Shown here: positions 40,529 through 54,700 of the stretch, piece after piece
How positions within the stretch are numbered: position 1 is the stretch's first letter
Layout of the letters: each line of letters begins with the position of its first letter
Assembly: GCF_006345805.1 (NCBI RefSeq)
Contig: NC_043000.1
Location: forward strand, 8,556,001-8,620,000
Length of the DNA: 64,000 nucleotides
Reading direction: 5' to 3'
Origin: Octopus sinensis
Lineage: Eukaryota
Notes under the pieces: model-generated
The model's database searches: none
What the model was told of the DNA's origin: nothing
The model's input: the letters and a program-made list of their open reading frames with translations, nothing else
Translations under genes and position numbers: made by a program

Positions 40529-42050
40529 ATACATACATACATACATACATACATACATACATACATACATACATACATACTACATACATACATACATATA
40601 TGTGTGTGTGTGTGTCTACGAAAGAGAGAGAGGAAAGGGTAAGAGAGAAAGAAAGGTGGGGTAGAGAGATACAATGTGTGAAGGTTTGAATGCACTAACA
40701 CCGAAATGCAGAAAAGTTGGAGGTATTAGTTTATAGAAAATGTAGAAAATAGGAACGTGACATACCTCACTAGATATGTGTTAAAACGCTCTTTGTAATC
40801 CGATAACTCTAAGTGTTTACGAACCGATAATTCACATGGGATCCCCAGAAATATTTACGTCATTTTTCTCGCAGAACATTAAATTTCACAAGGTATTTGA
40901 TTTCTCCCAATGTTTAGGACAGGTAGAATATAAATTTACTTTTAGAAATTCATATAAACAGTACATGATACACGAGGAAGGGTTAACAATAATAGAAAGG
41001 AATGAATAAGTAATCAGTTTCATGAACTTACCAAATGCAAGTAGAGAAGAGCAAAAAGAGTAACTGTAAGTTTCATTGTTGAAATTGGTAGTGAGGAGGA
41101 CCAGAACTCGATGTCTATTAAGTACGATGTCTCCGGTGTATTGCAATGTTTATTTTGGAATCATTACCTGTTTATATAGAGATGGTTCACCACTAGATGT
41201 CGCTTCTCTCGTTACAAGGTTGCATCCTTGTAACTGAAGAGAATATTTCCGGTTTTCACTGTTAGGATGAAGAGGAAGTTGTTTCGTGTGCCCTGCTTGA
41301 AACTGTCGAAGTTCGACAAAAGATTACTCCCCTTGCTATATCTTATATTGGCGCTGAAGTATTTCAGTTTAATACTGAATTATCATATATTAAGTTTCGT
41401 TCAATTTTTTTTTGTTTATATTGATATCAATTCATCCATGTACATGACGTCACTTGAAAATATCATACAAATTCTTTGATGGGAAAGCCGTATTTCCTAT
41501 CTTTCTTTCCTTTTCTTTTTGCTGTGACCAAAATATTCTTAATTTGGATAAAGATTTTCCTTACACATATACGTGCTCTTACTACATCTGGTAAATTTGG
41601 TGGTTAGTCTTCAAGTAACAGTTGCACAAATGTACCGAAAATTCCTAAAAATAATATCAAATACAAAAACGATGGCGTTTTTTGTTCTTTTATTTTTTTT
41701 AAGTAAACAAAACTGAAAAATAACCAAGCAAAAAAAAGAAAAGTAATATATGAAATTATAGAAAACGACAATGTCTGCCGAAATATACGTGGGTGTTCGT
41801 GCGTGAAAGGAGTGTATAATCACAGTATGTGGGTGTTCGCGCGTGAGAGGAGTGTACATATGAAGGTGCTGAGTTTGTAGCAATATTTCTATTCTTCTCT
41901 CTCCTCCCAACCCCCCCTTTGCGACTGTACGTAATATATATGTATATATGTATATGTATATATATATGCATATGTATATGTATATATATATATGTATATA
42001 TATATACATATATATATCATATTTAAGTAAATAATTACACACATATATTG

Positions 42051-42093
<43 letters not shown>

Positions 42094-42200
42094 CACATAT
42101 ATATATACACGTGCAATATATATATGATATATATATATACACACACACACACACGTATATATACGTATATACATACACACATACATATATACATACATAC

Positions 42201-42232
<32 letters not shown>

Positions 42233-42304
42233 ATGTGTGTGTGTGTGGTGTGTGTGTGTGTGTGTGTATATATACTAATATATTTATATATATATATAAT
42301 CGTT

Positions 42305-42346
42305 ACAGTTGAAAAGGTCTCAAAATGACCGAAACCGGTGGTACTG
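42305..42346 (+). ncRNA. Degenerate hammerhead motif
   Basis: cag-TTGAAAA-ggtc-tcaaaat-gacc-GAAA-C-cggtg-G-TA-ctg. Confidence 0.45.
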
Positions 42347-42394
42347 AAATGTTCACTATAAATTATTTTAGCATTTTCTATTTTTGACTTGTTT

Positions 42395-42457
<63 letters not shown>

Positions 42458-43218
42458 AATACACGCAAAAACACACACTCTCTCTCATACACGCAAATAG
42501 GGAGATAGAGAGGGGAAGAAGAAAGAAGGAAAATTATGCGTGCTTCTCCTCGCTGAAAGTAATATAATACTATATGTTTACGTAGAATTTTGAAGAACAA
42601 TATTACGGAGGAAATCAACAAATCCAGGAAACCGTTTAGTAAAAAGAATTAAGCAGGGAAACCCTGAAACTATCAGAGTTTTAACTATAATGGAGCCATT
42701 TCTAATCGTTTAAGATCAGATTAATTTTGAAATACAAACGTGGTAATAGAAATGAAATTTCTATGAATTCCAAAATTTAGTTATATAAAGTGTTATTTTA
42801 TCCTGTTTCAAAATGCTTTCTCTTTTAAGTAAGCCAAGATTGTTAAAATCGAAATAAAAAAAAAGGCAACATCTTAGTAACTGATGATAAACTACTTATT
42901 TTCATTGTCATTTTTTCTGATTAAAAATTGGTGTGTGGTCAAAACTTAACCATAGGCTCCAGGTTCAATCACATTGTCATGGTATGGCTTCGGGGCTCAC
43001 TTCAATGAAGTCGCATTCAATAACAAACATCATTTCTATTATATTACACATCGCAGGAGGAAAAAAAATTTAAATTTTAAAATATCAATGACTCATATAT
43101 TTATTTATTTCTATTTCTCTGCAGCTTTGTCTTGAAATGTTCCTTTCCACTGGAAAATTGTAGGGGGCCTCGTATGAAATTACATCTCAGATTTTCTCTC
43201 TCTCTCTCTCTCTCGCTC

Positions 43219-43277
<59 letters not shown>

Positions 43278-43693
43278 AGTATCTATTATTCATACTTTTA
43301 TTATTATTACCAACATTATATATATATATATATAATATATATAATATATATATATATACGTATACATATATATATATATGCACATATACATATGTATATA
43401 TATATAAATGTATATGTATGTATGTGTATATATATATATGTATATGTGTGTATGAATGTATGTGTATATCTGCATATGTATGCGCTTATATATATGAATA
43501 TATATGTATATGTGTATATGTATGTGTGTATGTGTGTATGTATGTACGTATATATACGTATGTGTGTGCGTGTGTCAAAATATGTGTGTAATTATTTACT
43601 TAAATATAATGTACATGCACACACATACACACACATACACACACATACACACAACAGACACACATAACTCACACACACACACAACAGACACGT

Positions 43694-43727
<34 letters not shown>

Positions 43728-43981
43728 ACGCATATATCAGACCATGACAGATAAATTTTCTTTGCAATTTTTACACAAGTTTCAAGGAATATCAAGTTAC
43801 GTATCTGTTTCCTATTTTACTTCGTAGTCCTGCCTACTTTCAGGAATAACAGAATCTTCACATGGGACTGCATTACATGTGTTATACGTCACAAAATTTG
43901 TCTGACATTTCCAGGCTTACGTATTCGTACCTACATTTCAGCAATGAGCAGCGTCGTAGATGTTTATGAAACTAACCACTC

Positions 43982-44090
43982 GTGTTACCATTTTCTATAC
44001 TACATTTCCATTGCTGTATATATTCTTCAGTCTTCAGTTGTTATGCTTCACAGTTTTCTTTTTTCCTGTAAACATACTTATATGTGTGTA
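43982..44090. repeat. Left arm of a 109-bp inverted duplication (partner 45852-45960)
   Basis: One mismatch seen between the arms. Confidence 0.9.
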
Positions 44091-44109
44091 AGCCAACTAT
44101 ACCGGCTTT

Positions 44110-44315
44110 GGAGAGAATGAATTAAGGAATATCTTTAAAAAAGGATATTAATAGTTACCAGTTCATCGAAGAATTAAAGAACATACTTAGTGAAAGATAA
44201 TAGTCATTAGCACTTTCATGATCAGAGAATTAAGGAAATCCTTAGTGAACGATAATAGCAGTTCGCAGTTCCATTGTTGAATGATCGAGGAATATCCTTA
44301 GAAAAAGATAAAAGA
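44110..44315. repeat. Imperfect ~60-bp tandem repeat (3-4 units)
   Basis: gaattaaggaa.atccttagtgaa.gataatag recurs. Confidence 0.6.
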
Positions 44316-45010
44316 AGTCCCTTCACATGTCACAGTAAACTTTTTAAATCTCATAAAAGAACTTGCCGAGGAATGTGGTGCTGAAATAAGCCAGCAGCTT
44401 AAGCGACAAGTTCATTTCCTATGCTCATAACACCCTACATAAGATCAAAAAATAAAAAGTTGAAGATTCCATGTTTATTGATGTTATATGTAGTGGCTCT
44501 GACATAGAACAAGAATCAGTTATTGTCGTTATTGTTTCTGAAAACCAGGATGTCCACGAAGATTTTCTCAGCTTTTACAATCCTCCTGACTACACTTTGG
44601 AGACATTGTCTAAGGTTATTCTGGATGTTTTTTTTGTTACCTAAACATTTCTCTGGGTTCAAAATTATGCTGCTTTTGCCTTTGATGTACCATGAGCGGA
44701 AACATTTCAGGCATATAAAAGAAATTAAAAGACATGTTTCCTGGTTCATATTTCGTACACTGCAGAAACCTCTCTCTGGATCTTGTCCTCCGAGAAGTTG
44801 GATCTACAGTTGCCAAGGTCACTGATAATTGAACTTCTGAAAGCGTTATGAACAAGTGTTTGTGATGAGAATGTCTTCATGTTGCAAGCCTGTGTCTGTT
44901 GCATCAAGCGAGAGAATGTTCAGCTCATTTTGCTGTTTGAAGACCTAACTCCGCATCACAATGACGCAACACCGTCTGAGACACTCTGTTGTAATGCATG
45001 TACATAAAAA
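44315..45010 (+). mobile_element. Degenerate hAT transposase fragment (Tip100/ZMYM1-like)
   Basis: NFLNLIKELAEE, EQESVIV..VHEDFLSFY..TLETLSKVILD, SGNISGI*KKLKDMFPGSYFVHCRNLSLDLVL (HC.NH.L.L motif). Confidence 0.75.
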
Positions 45011-45340
45011 CTTGTGCAATGAAAACACTTTAGACATTTTGGAAAACTTCATCGCCAAACCGAACGAGGATAGAAAATTTCCTGGAATAATTTCAAGCAT
45101 TACTTTTCCATATACAATTATAACAAAAATATCATAATACCGGTGTTTCTTTTGATATTAAAATTGAAAAAAAAATCGGCCTTGTTTATAGAAAACTTGA
45201 ACCTGGGTTTGCACTACCTAAGAAAATTTCATATTCTGGCCACTGTGTATAGCCATAACGAAATTCTCCGAGAGAATCAGAGTGACACAGTGTGTGTGTG
45301 TGTGTGTGTGTGTGTGTTGTGTGTGTGTGTGTGTGTGTGT

Positions 45341-45372
<32 letters not shown>

Positions 45373-45851
45373 CAGAGAGAGAGAGAGAGAGAGATAACAG
45401 CTACTCTGCATGATAACAGCTACAGGTGCAATCCGCCCGACAGACTTATTCTGTTTTCGACAACTTAATTTTAGCTGAGGAAGTGCTGTATAATAGTGGT
45501 GTTGGTGGTGAACTTCCATCATATGATTATGAGGATTTAGTTATCCCACCAACTGAGTTGCCTTTTCTTGAATTCACGGGTAAGTGACTCAGCATTTCAC
45601 AATCACGTGAAATTTAACCTTTAATGTACTCAGCAAAATTAGCATGACACAGTATGTCACAAAACTGAACCTTCTGAATTACATATACAATTCCGCAGGC
45701 GGATTTCTATGCAGTTTCCGTCCACCTAATTTTACTTACGAGATATAGGGGTGATGCGAGGTTATAGAAATTACGTTTGTCATGCACTGGGATTGAACCC
45801 AGGATCTCGTGGTTACGAAGTAAGCTTCTTAACCATTCGGTCAATCTGCTC

Positions 45852-45960
45852 TACACACATATAAGTATGTTTACAGGAAAAAAGAAAACTGTGAAGCATA
45901 ACAACTGAAGACTGAAGAATAAATACAGCAATGGAAATGTAGTATAGAAAATGGTAACAC
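45852..45960. repeat. Right arm of the 109-bp inverted duplication
   Basis: Reverse complement of 43982-44090; ends exactly at a SINE junction. Confidence 0.9.
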
Positions 45961-46262
45961 CCGAAAGAATGAAAGGCAAAGTCGACCTCGGTGGAATTTG
46001 AACTCAGAACGTAGCGGCAGATAAAATACCTATTTCTTTACTACCCACAAGGGGCTAAAACAGAGAGGACAAACAAGGACAGACAGACGGATTAAGTCGA
46101 TTACATCGACCCCAGTGAGTAACTGGTACTTAATTTATCGACCCCGAAAGGATGAAAGGCAAAGACGACTTCGGCGGAATTTGAACTCAGAACGTAACAG
46201 CAGACGAAATACTGCTAAGCATTTCGCCCGGAGTGCTAACGTTTCTGCCAGCTCGCCGCCTT
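45961..46262 (-). mobile_element. SINE family C (dimeric)
   Basis: Family match; head aaggcggcgagctggcagaaacgttagcac. Confidence 0.9.
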
Positions 46263-47149
46263 GGTTTCAAATTTTAGCACAAAGTCAACAATTTTAGGAG
46301 GAAGAATTAGTTGAAACTTATTAAAACGCACAAATAATTTCAGAGAAATAAATTGAAAAAATATACTATAAAACACAATAGTTAAAACAAAATATCAAAT
46401 ATCTAGTATATAAAGTTTAAACGACAACTTGCGTTGATCAAGGTATCTCACATTCCAGATTAGGCATCCACACGAAATCCTTTCTGTATTATTCTTAGCT
46501 GGAAATCTCAGGATTTTCTACACGACGCGCTTTTGGGTCACAGTTGACAAGTGAAAGCTTTCGTCCTCTGAATTGTTGACATGTAACACTTCGTAACTTC
46601 TATTTGAAACTTGTTTCCTTTCCGATCTGTGTATAGCATATAAGTATTTTATTAGACATTTTGCTAGTCTTGCAAAAGGGGCTGTAAATTTCATTTTGTT
46701 CAGGATGTGAGGAGGCTGTTTCCCTTTCACATGATATGGGCACTCCTTAATAGGGTACGAGTTGTTATCACAAGAAGTGTACCACTCCTCGTGATATTAA
46801 TTGCTTATAATTTCTTTTTTGCTTTTATTTTTCGTTGAGGCTATATATTATTTTTTAAAGATGTCTGTTTATCCCATTCTACCTATGTCTGGCTTCCAAC
46901 ATCAAAATGGATTGGGTGGAACAGTCATGTGGTGGTGTTTTCTGGTCATTTAGTTCTAAATGTTGTTGCTGCTGCTGTTGCTGAAGTTCATTCTCCTTGT
47001 CTTTGCCTGTTGTAGCTAGTGAAGTGGGTGGGTGGTTAGAGCCCTATGGATCGCTTGTGGTAATAAGGGTGAAACAATTTAATTTGGTGACCAATTATAT
47101 CAGTATTTGAGAAGGAAAAACACAAGGATACCACCACGACATCTTTGAT

Positions 47150-48320
47150 GATGTCGCCCCCTGCAAATGGTCGCCTTTATAACACAATATAGGTTACGCC
47201 ACCTGCAACAATTTCTGGACGGTGAGCGTGTTTGGGCTCCGTTTGTGAGGTTCGCCTTTCTGCAGCTCGTCTCATTGACCGAGCTGCAGTCCTGGGTGAA
47301 GAAAAGACCGAAACTAGGCGCCTACCACCTAGAATGTTGTCAGATGTTCAAAACCCTCTACCAGCGGGGCAATGGGATCAGTAGATGTTCCACTTTAGAA
47401 ATTTATAGAGGATTAGTGGGAAGTGCGAATACGTTATTGTTGGGACTCTGGGCGCCGACAAGAACGAAGTGGCTAGTCTGTAACGGAGGTCTTTCTTGTC
47501 AGGATCTATCATGGATAATTTCCTGACGTTCTTGGCCTGGCAGTGCTACCCGGTGGGGGGAAGGCGCTATCGGTTCGAGATAAACTCTACAGGCACGGAT
47601 GTGCTATCAGACGGACTTGTCCGATGTGCGCGCGGAGTGACGAAACCGTTCTGCAATCCCTCGTTCGGTATCCGGGTATTGCTGACTTGTAGGATTATTT
47701 TGAACAGCTGCAGTCGCGTGTGGGACGGATCCGTCTGTCGGACGAGTCTGTAGTGATGATCGCATCGCCATCTCCTTCAATCGGGCGGGTAAGGCAGTTT
47801 TCCTTTGCCTGGTTGCAGTGGCGAAAGGGGTTCCTTGGTGGACAAGGCTGTAAGCATGAGGACATATATATTCCTATTTGGTAGAGCTCTCATTGACTTC
47901 TTCAGGTTTCACTTGGAAAGGAAATTGAGAGTGGGGAGGGAAGTGCTGACCTTGAGTGAGCTTACTGAAAGGTGGGCGAAAGTTGCGAAAATAGCAAGAG
48001 TGGATGGTACCTCTCTAAGTGTAGACCTATGAGTCGGAGAGAAGGAATTGGAGAGGGCATTTGCTCCTCGGGTCAGTGAAATCTCGGACAGTGGGTTTCC
48101 TCGATTATCCTAGAGATTTTCCCGTATCAGGAGGGTCACATCTCAATCATTCTCCCGTCATTTTTTAAATCTTTGTATGCTATGCATATGTCTCTTCTTT
48201 TTCAGTGTATACAGAGTATTTTCTTTTATCATTTCATTATCATATGTAAACCCCAACACTTTATGTCTGTCTCTGTATTGTCCCCCTCATCCTTCGCCCT
48301 TCAGGCAAATAAATGAAATT
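47150..48320 (+). mobile_element. L1/Tx1-clade LINE 3' fragment
   Basis: RLRHLQQFLDGERVWAPFV; LAWQCY..VRDKLYRHG..RTCPMCARSDETVL (zf-RVT-like); FHLERKLRV..ERW..DL*; 3' UTR ending aataaatgaa. Confidence 0.8.
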
Positions 48321-48330
48321 ATTATTATTA

Positions 48331-48373
<43 letters not shown>

Positions 48374-48408
48374 TATTATTATTATTATTATTATTATGAC
48401 TGCTGCTG

Positions 48409-48488
<80 letters not shown>

Positions 48489-48495
48489 TCATTAT
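48320..48495. repeat. (ATT)n/(ACT)n compound microsatellite
   Basis: Direct sequence. Confidence 0.95.
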
Positions 48496-48498
48496 TGT

Positions 48499-48657
48499 TA
48501 AGGCGGGGACCTAGCACAGTCATTTGCACGCTGGGCGAAATGCTTAGCGGTGCTTCGCCTGTCGCTACGTTCTGAATTCAAATTCCGCCGAGATCGACTT
48601 TGCCGTTCATCCTTTTGGGTCGATAAAATAAATACCAGTTGAACATTGGGGTCGATT
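48499..48657 (+). mobile_element. SINE family C
   Basis: aaggcggggacct..gaattcaaattccgccgagatcgactttgcc. Confidence 0.75.
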
Positions 48658-48744
48658 AAAGATCGCAGAAGATTTTGTTAGTCTCCGACTGTGCCACTCT
48701 CTACGGTTTGTGCTCATACCACATCTTGCCTCTCTCTAGACCCC

Positions 48745-48945
48745 TATTATTATTATCCGCCTTCGCTAAGGTGAAGGTATTGTTTTCAGTCGTGTTTGTT
48801 TGCTTGTTTGTCCGTGGACAAGATACCTCCAGAACCACTCGATGGATTTGGATGAAACTTTCAGGGATTTTTGGCCTCGTGACTGGCACGAACTGATAGA
48901 TTTTGGGATCGATCCGGTACCGGACAAGGATTCTGAATTATTTGT
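48745..48945 (+). mobile_element. Non-autonomous Helentron-type element (HINE/DINE-1-like) 5' part
   Basis: ttattatccgccttcgctaaggtgaaggtattgttttcagtcgtgtttgtttg..gatggatttggatgaaactt..gattttgggatcgatccgg resembles the HINE architecture. Confidence 0.55.
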
Positions 48946-49334
48946 TATATTTACTTTACTTTACATGAAGTATTACGATCTTACGTTCACTTTTAAGTCT
49001 TTCTGTGATTATCTCCCTTGAAAGCACGCTCATGGGTTCCACGTAAGTTACGGCGATGTTACTGTTTCCAAAGTTTAATTTTCGTTTCTCTATTATTAAT
49101 TTTACTTGCGTCTCTATCTTAATAGAAACTGTCGGATAAAGAAATCAAACTACATAAACAAACGGCAGCAAAACCGTTCAGAAATTAAATAACACTAACA
49201 TATTCAGTAACAATAATAAATTCAATCTATTCTCGACAATTTTTAGTTTTACCAATCTTGAATATATCGCTCCTGTTTAAAACCTCTTATCTATTTGACA
49301 ATTGCATTTCTAGCTCTGCCTTAAAGGAAGTTTT

Positions 49335-49495
49335 ACTTCTTGGACTCACGTTGTTAAACCTCCCTTAACAGCACCGTATCCAAGTCTTATCCGTTTTCTT
49401 TCATGCACGGATAAATTTTTTACTATAGACCTTAATGGTGGTAAAGACACTATTTCAGTGGATAAAGTAAAAAGGGCCTTCATAGAGAAAACTGT
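49335..49495 (+). mobile_element. Ty3/Gypsy integrase C-terminal fragment
   Basis: WTHVVKPPLTAPY..TDKFFTIDLNGGKDTISVDKVKRAF matches the PPL.PPY..V..DR.K.A motif. Confidence 0.65.
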
Positions 49496-49737
49496 CCCTG
49501 TTCCCACTGCAGACGACACACACACAGCATTATAAACATGACCCTCACACCCACCTTCACATTTCATGACTACCCCCTTCTCCCCTCCTCCTCCATCCTT
49601 CCCTCCCCTCCCCTCCTTTTCCCCTCCGCCTCCCACTCCTCCCCACCTCCTCCTCATCTCCCCTTCTCTCATCTTCCCCTCCCTTCCTCTCCCCCCTCCT
49701 CGCACCTCCTCCTCGTTGTTGTTATTATTATTATTAC

Positions 49738-49773
<36 letters not shown>

Positions 49774-49807
49774 CATTATTATCATTATTATTATTATTAT
49801 TATCATT

Positions 49808-51450
49808 CTTCTTCTTCTTCTTATTTTTTTTTTCTTCTTTCAAATTTGCTTCCATTTCTTGCCGAGTGTCTTCCCGACTCCTAGGGCAAAGAAACTCATA
49901 GTATACATTGGTAGGCCATTAAACCAAACTCAATAGTTCGTTCATTTTTTTTTTTTTTTAAGTTAAATTAAAATACAGGAGCAGCAACAGTTCTCACATC
50001 GACAATGCTCTTCTCAATACGTGTGATGTACCAGTTAAGACAATCTTTTGCACTTCTTGCAGGGATGGTAAGCCAGATTACATTCTCATATAATTTTCGG
50101 TTCCCTTCTTGATCATTCCTAGTGCTCCTACGATCACTGGTATTGTAACCGCCTTGAGATGCCACATTTTCTCAATTTCAATGAGTAGGTCTTTATATTT
50201 TCTGAGCTTGTCAAACTCTTTCGCTGAGATATTATGATCACAGGGGATGCTCATGTCGATCAATAAGCAAACTTTATTGTTTTGGTCTTTCACAACAATA
50301 TCTGGTTTATTGGCCTTGATGGTTCGGTCTGTATGTACTGGAAAGTCCCACAGAATGGTTACATTTTCTCCTTCAGTTACAGCCTCAGGGTGGTGATTAT
50401 ACCACTTGTCGGCAGTTTTGATATTGTAATGCCGACTTATTAGCCAGTGTAGATATTGGCCAACTCTGTCATGTCTTAATTTATACTCCACTGGTGCTAA
50501 GACTTTACATCCAGAGATTAGGTGGTCCACTGTTTCAATCATGTCGTTGCAGAATCGGCATTTTGGGTCTGCTCCATTTTTCATCACATTGGCCTGGTAG
50601 TTCAGGGTTAATAGGCTTTGATCTTGAGCAGCCAGGATGAAACCTTCGCTCTCTGCTTTTAGCCCTGAGCTCCGTAGCCACTGATGGGTTTGCTTCTGGT
50701 CAACATCAGCTTGTTTGCTGCGGGCCACATATTTGCCGTGCAGAGGTTTCTCCTCCCACCTATAAGCCAATTGCTCGTGCGCTTTTTTCGTTGCCATTAT
50801 TTCTACCTTCTTTGCAACAATAGTTGCCGTACTTCCCTCGGGTTGTTCAGTTTGGGTATCCTGCACGAGATCAATAGCAAATTTTTTGCTTTCCTTTATG
50901 ATAGAATGAAGCTTCTTTCGTCTCTCGTGATTTTCCACGAGTTTTAGCATCCAGTCATTCGTTATTTCGAGATATTTGGCCAGTCCAATTGTGGTTGTTT
51001 TGTAAGCTAGTTCAAACTGGATCAGGCCTCGACCTCCTTGGGCTCTGGGAAGGTAAAGGCGATCTACGTCTGCCTTTGGGTGGTGCATCCTATTACAACT
51101 CAGCAGCTTGCGTATTTTCATATCTATATTATTTACTTCACTCATATTCCAGTTCAACACATTGTAGCTATAAGTAACAACTGGAACTGCTAAGGAATTT
51201 ATAGCTAACACTTTGTTACGTGCATTTAGTTCAGATTTCAGGACTGCACGAATTCTCCTATAACATTCCTTCCTGATTTTCTCTATCATGCTTGCATGCT
51301 GAATACCAGAGCCTTCATTTATCCCTAAATATTCGTATGTTTGTTCTTGCTCAAGCTCTCTTATGACTGTGTCAACATCTAAGACGACTGAATTTGTGGT
51401 CTTCACTTTCTCTTTCTGGAAAGTGGCCTTGGCACACTTCTCAAGTCCAA
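49808..51450 (-). mobile_element. R4/Dong-clade RLE non-LTR retrotransposon, copy A (subfamily 1), 5'-truncated
   Basis: GLEKCAKATF, HHPKADVDRLY, AAQDQSL, CRFCNDMIETVDHLISGC, RHD, ANKPDIV..LLIDMSIP; stop ~49994 after a frameshift; (TAA)n on both sides. Confidence 0.9.
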
Positions 51451-51452
51451 TG

Positions 51453-51508
<56 letters not shown>

Positions 51509-51526
51509 CATTATTATTATTATTAT

Positions 51527-51655
51527 TCAGTAGTTTTATTTTTATAGCGTGCTTTCACTTCACTACCGAGCGTAGCTCTGTGTGCCTTGGGTATGTGCTG
51601 TGATTTGTTGTGATGCTCTGATGGTTATTGTATGGAAAGTGTTCTGCGTAGGATG
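51527..51655 (-). mobile_element. R4/Dong subfamily 3 mini-copy (3' end only, ~130 bp)
   Basis: Nearly identical to 55702-55830; (TAA)n on both sides. Confidence 0.9.
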
Positions 51656-51658
51656 CAG

Positions 51659-51693
<35 letters not shown>

Positions 51694-51694
51694 G

Positions 51695-51755
<61 letters not shown>

Positions 51756-51757
<2 letters not shown>

Positions 51758-54700
51758 GTTTGACTTTTGCTTTATATTTGTACAAGTTGGCTCCAAGTCT
51801 CACCCAGAGACCTCAAGAGACAACAGGTTGGAAGTTCATGTTGTTGTTATGCCTAGTGTGCCATATATTGGGGGGTGGGGATGTTGTACTAATGAATGTC
51901 TAAAAAAAAAGTTTTTTTTTTTTTTTTTTTTTTTTAAACCGAAAATTATGGTTGTTTTAAACCTTGAGGTTACATAGAGAGTATTTTGCGTAGGATATGA
52001 GCAGTTCCCATGAGCACTATCTTTTGAACTTCTGCCATTTTTGGGTTTCCTGGTATCTGAGTTAGGTAGCTATCAGCCCCTTTTGCTATCATTCCCAGGG
52101 CACCTATGACAACAGGTATTGTTTTAGTCTTCAGCTTCCACATTTTGCTGATTTCTATTTCAAGATCTTTATATTTGCTCAGTTTTTGGTAGGTCCTGAC
52201 AGATACGTTTATATCGATTGGGACAGTCATATCAATGAGGAGGCATGTTCTTTGTTTGAAGTCTTTCAATATGATGTCTGGCCTATTTGCATCTATCTTC
52301 CTGTCAGTTTGAATGGTGAAGTTCCAGAGGAGTGAGATGTGGTCATTTTCAAGCACTGGGGGTGGTTTGTGTTCCCACCAGTTTTTTTCATGGGGCAAAT
52401 CCAGGTTTTTACAGATTACCCAGTGAATATATTGTGCAGCTCTATCGTGCCTGTTGAGATACTCTGTAGGCGCTAGAAGACTGCACTTGGAGACCACATG
52501 GTCAATGGTTTCATTTTGTTGCTTGCATACACGACACGTTGGACTGCTTCTGATCTTTAATATGTTGGCCTGGTAGTTTCTTGTTGGTAGGCATTGATCT
52601 TGAGCTGCTATGATAAACCCCTCTGTTTCAGATTTTAAGCCAGAGGCCATTAGCCATTGATGGGTCAGGGCTTTGTCGATATCTGCATTATTCGCTCTCT
52701 TTGGGTATTTGCCATAGAGAGGTTTTTCTTGCCATTTATTATTCAGAATATCTAAGGCCGCAGTTTTGGCACGGGTTTTCATGCGCCTAGCTTTTTCTGT
52801 GCTTGTTTCTTGTATGTCTATCTCTAATTCCGAAATTGGTTGTATTCGGAATTCACTTAGATATTCCTTTGCCTGTTTTGTGACTGAGTATGATGCTTTC
52901 TTGTTTTCATGTTTTGAGACAAGTTTTAACATCCAGTCCTCAGAGTTTTTCAGGTAGGTGTCTAGGCCAATTGTAGCAATCTTCATTGTTATTGCCAGTT
53001 GCAAAAGACCACGGCCTCCCTCTTTTCTTGGCAGATAGAGTCGTTCTGTATCTGCCTTAGGGTGGTGCATTCTATGCATTGTCAACAGTTTCCTTATTTT
53101 TCTGTCGAGCTGACATATTTCAGTAATTGACCAGTTAACAATATTGAAACTGTAAGTCACGACTGGTATAGCTTCGATCCTGTTTCTTGCATTCAGCTCT
53201 GTCTTGAGTATTGCTCTCACTCTTCGATAGCATTCTCTCCTGATCCTTTCCTTCATCTCTGAATGCCTTATTCCGTTCCCTTCAATTACCCCTAGGTACT
53301 TGTAGCTCTCCGCTGGGTCTAGTTCTTTTATGACATTCTGTTGGTCAAGGTTAACGTTAGATGTTTCTGTCATTTTTCCTTTGATAAAGGTAGCCTTTGC
53401 ACATGTATCGAGGCCGAATTGCATTCTGATGTCGTCACTGAATTGTTTGACTATCGCCAGTAAGCCCTTGAGTTGTTGATCATTTTTTGCAAAAAGCTTT
53501 AAATCATCCATGTAAACGAGATGATTTATATTTTTATCAAACATTTTATACCCGTACTGCGCGTCATTGAGCAGCTTTGAGAGAGGTATTAAGGATAAAC
53601 AAAAGAGGAGTGGTGACAGTGAGTCACCCTGGAAAATGCCACACGAAATTTTTACATCACCAGCATTTAGGGATTCACTGTCACTGTTCAGAGTTAGTGT
53701 GGTTCTCCATGATCTCATACTTACAGTCAAGAAGTTTCGCAGAGTTGGTGCTATCTTATACATTTCAAGGCATTTCCTAATCCAGCTATGAGGTAGGCTA
53801 TCAAAAGCCTTTTTATAGTCTATCCAGGCTATTGATAAGTTTTTGTGTCGTTTGTGACAATCTTCTAAGATCATCTTATTGATGAGTAGTTGGTCTTTAC
53901 AGCCGTAGGATCCACGTTTACATCCTTTCTGTTCATTAGGGAATATGCTGCTGTCTGTTAAAAAACTATAGGTATATTCCGTCAGGACAGATGTTAGTGT
54001 TTTGTACATAGTTGTTAAGCAGGTTATGGGTCTATAGTTTTTTGGTTCATTTGTTTCTTCACTTTTTGGAAGCAGGAATGTTAACCCATTAACTAGCCAA
54101 GGAGGCATCCTACTAGGGTGTTGCAAAACATCATTGTACAGTTCTGTTAGCAGTTCATGGCTCTCTGGGAAGGCATTCAGCCAGAAGTTAGGAAGTTTAT
54201 CCTTTCCTGGAGACTTCCATTTGCTTGACCTCCTGAGAGCAGATCTTATATCTTCTACCTTGACACCCTCCCACTTTTGCTCTTCTAAGGGGTCCAGTTC
54301 TGTAGATATTCTGTCAATCCAGGGGGCCTTTTCGTTGTGTGTTTTTTCTTCTGCCCAGATTTTATTCCAAAATCTCTGCACTTCTTCTTTTGATGGTACA
54401 GACCCTGCAGTAAACGCTGTTTTTCCTATCTTCCTGTAAAAATTCTTGGTGTTATTTTTGAACATGTTGTTGTCCTTGAAAAATCTAACACGCTTTTCAT
54501 ACCTCGCTATGCGGGCAGCAGCTTGGCAGATACCTTTTGTTTGATGGTTTCTATGGTGGCATCAATATCAAGTATAGTTTTCATAATGTATTTTTTCAGT
54601 AATTTTAGGTTTTTGTAGGTTTGGTAGTCTTGTGAGCCTTAAGGTTTTTCAAATATTCAATGTCAGATCTAAATACTTTAATTTGTTGTTGCAGACGCTC

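Noticed and set aside
40760-41150. 86-aa minus ORF and an 18-nt AG/GT-bounded micro-exon candidate (40875-40892)
   Set aside because: No recognisable homology; such splice dinucleotides arise by chance in AT-rich DNA.
46400-46800. Possible RTE C-terminal relic
   Set aside because: Only a vague LR..AH resemblance across several stops.
49540-49715. C-rich low-complexity tract with G-quadruplex potential on the minus strand
   Set aside because: Degenerate (CCT)n/(CT)n simple sequence grading into the microsatellite; no evidence of function.
50078-51511. 477-aa ORF starting with poly-Ile
   Set aside because: The N-terminus is read-through of the (ATT)n tract into a 5'-truncated RT; not a real start.
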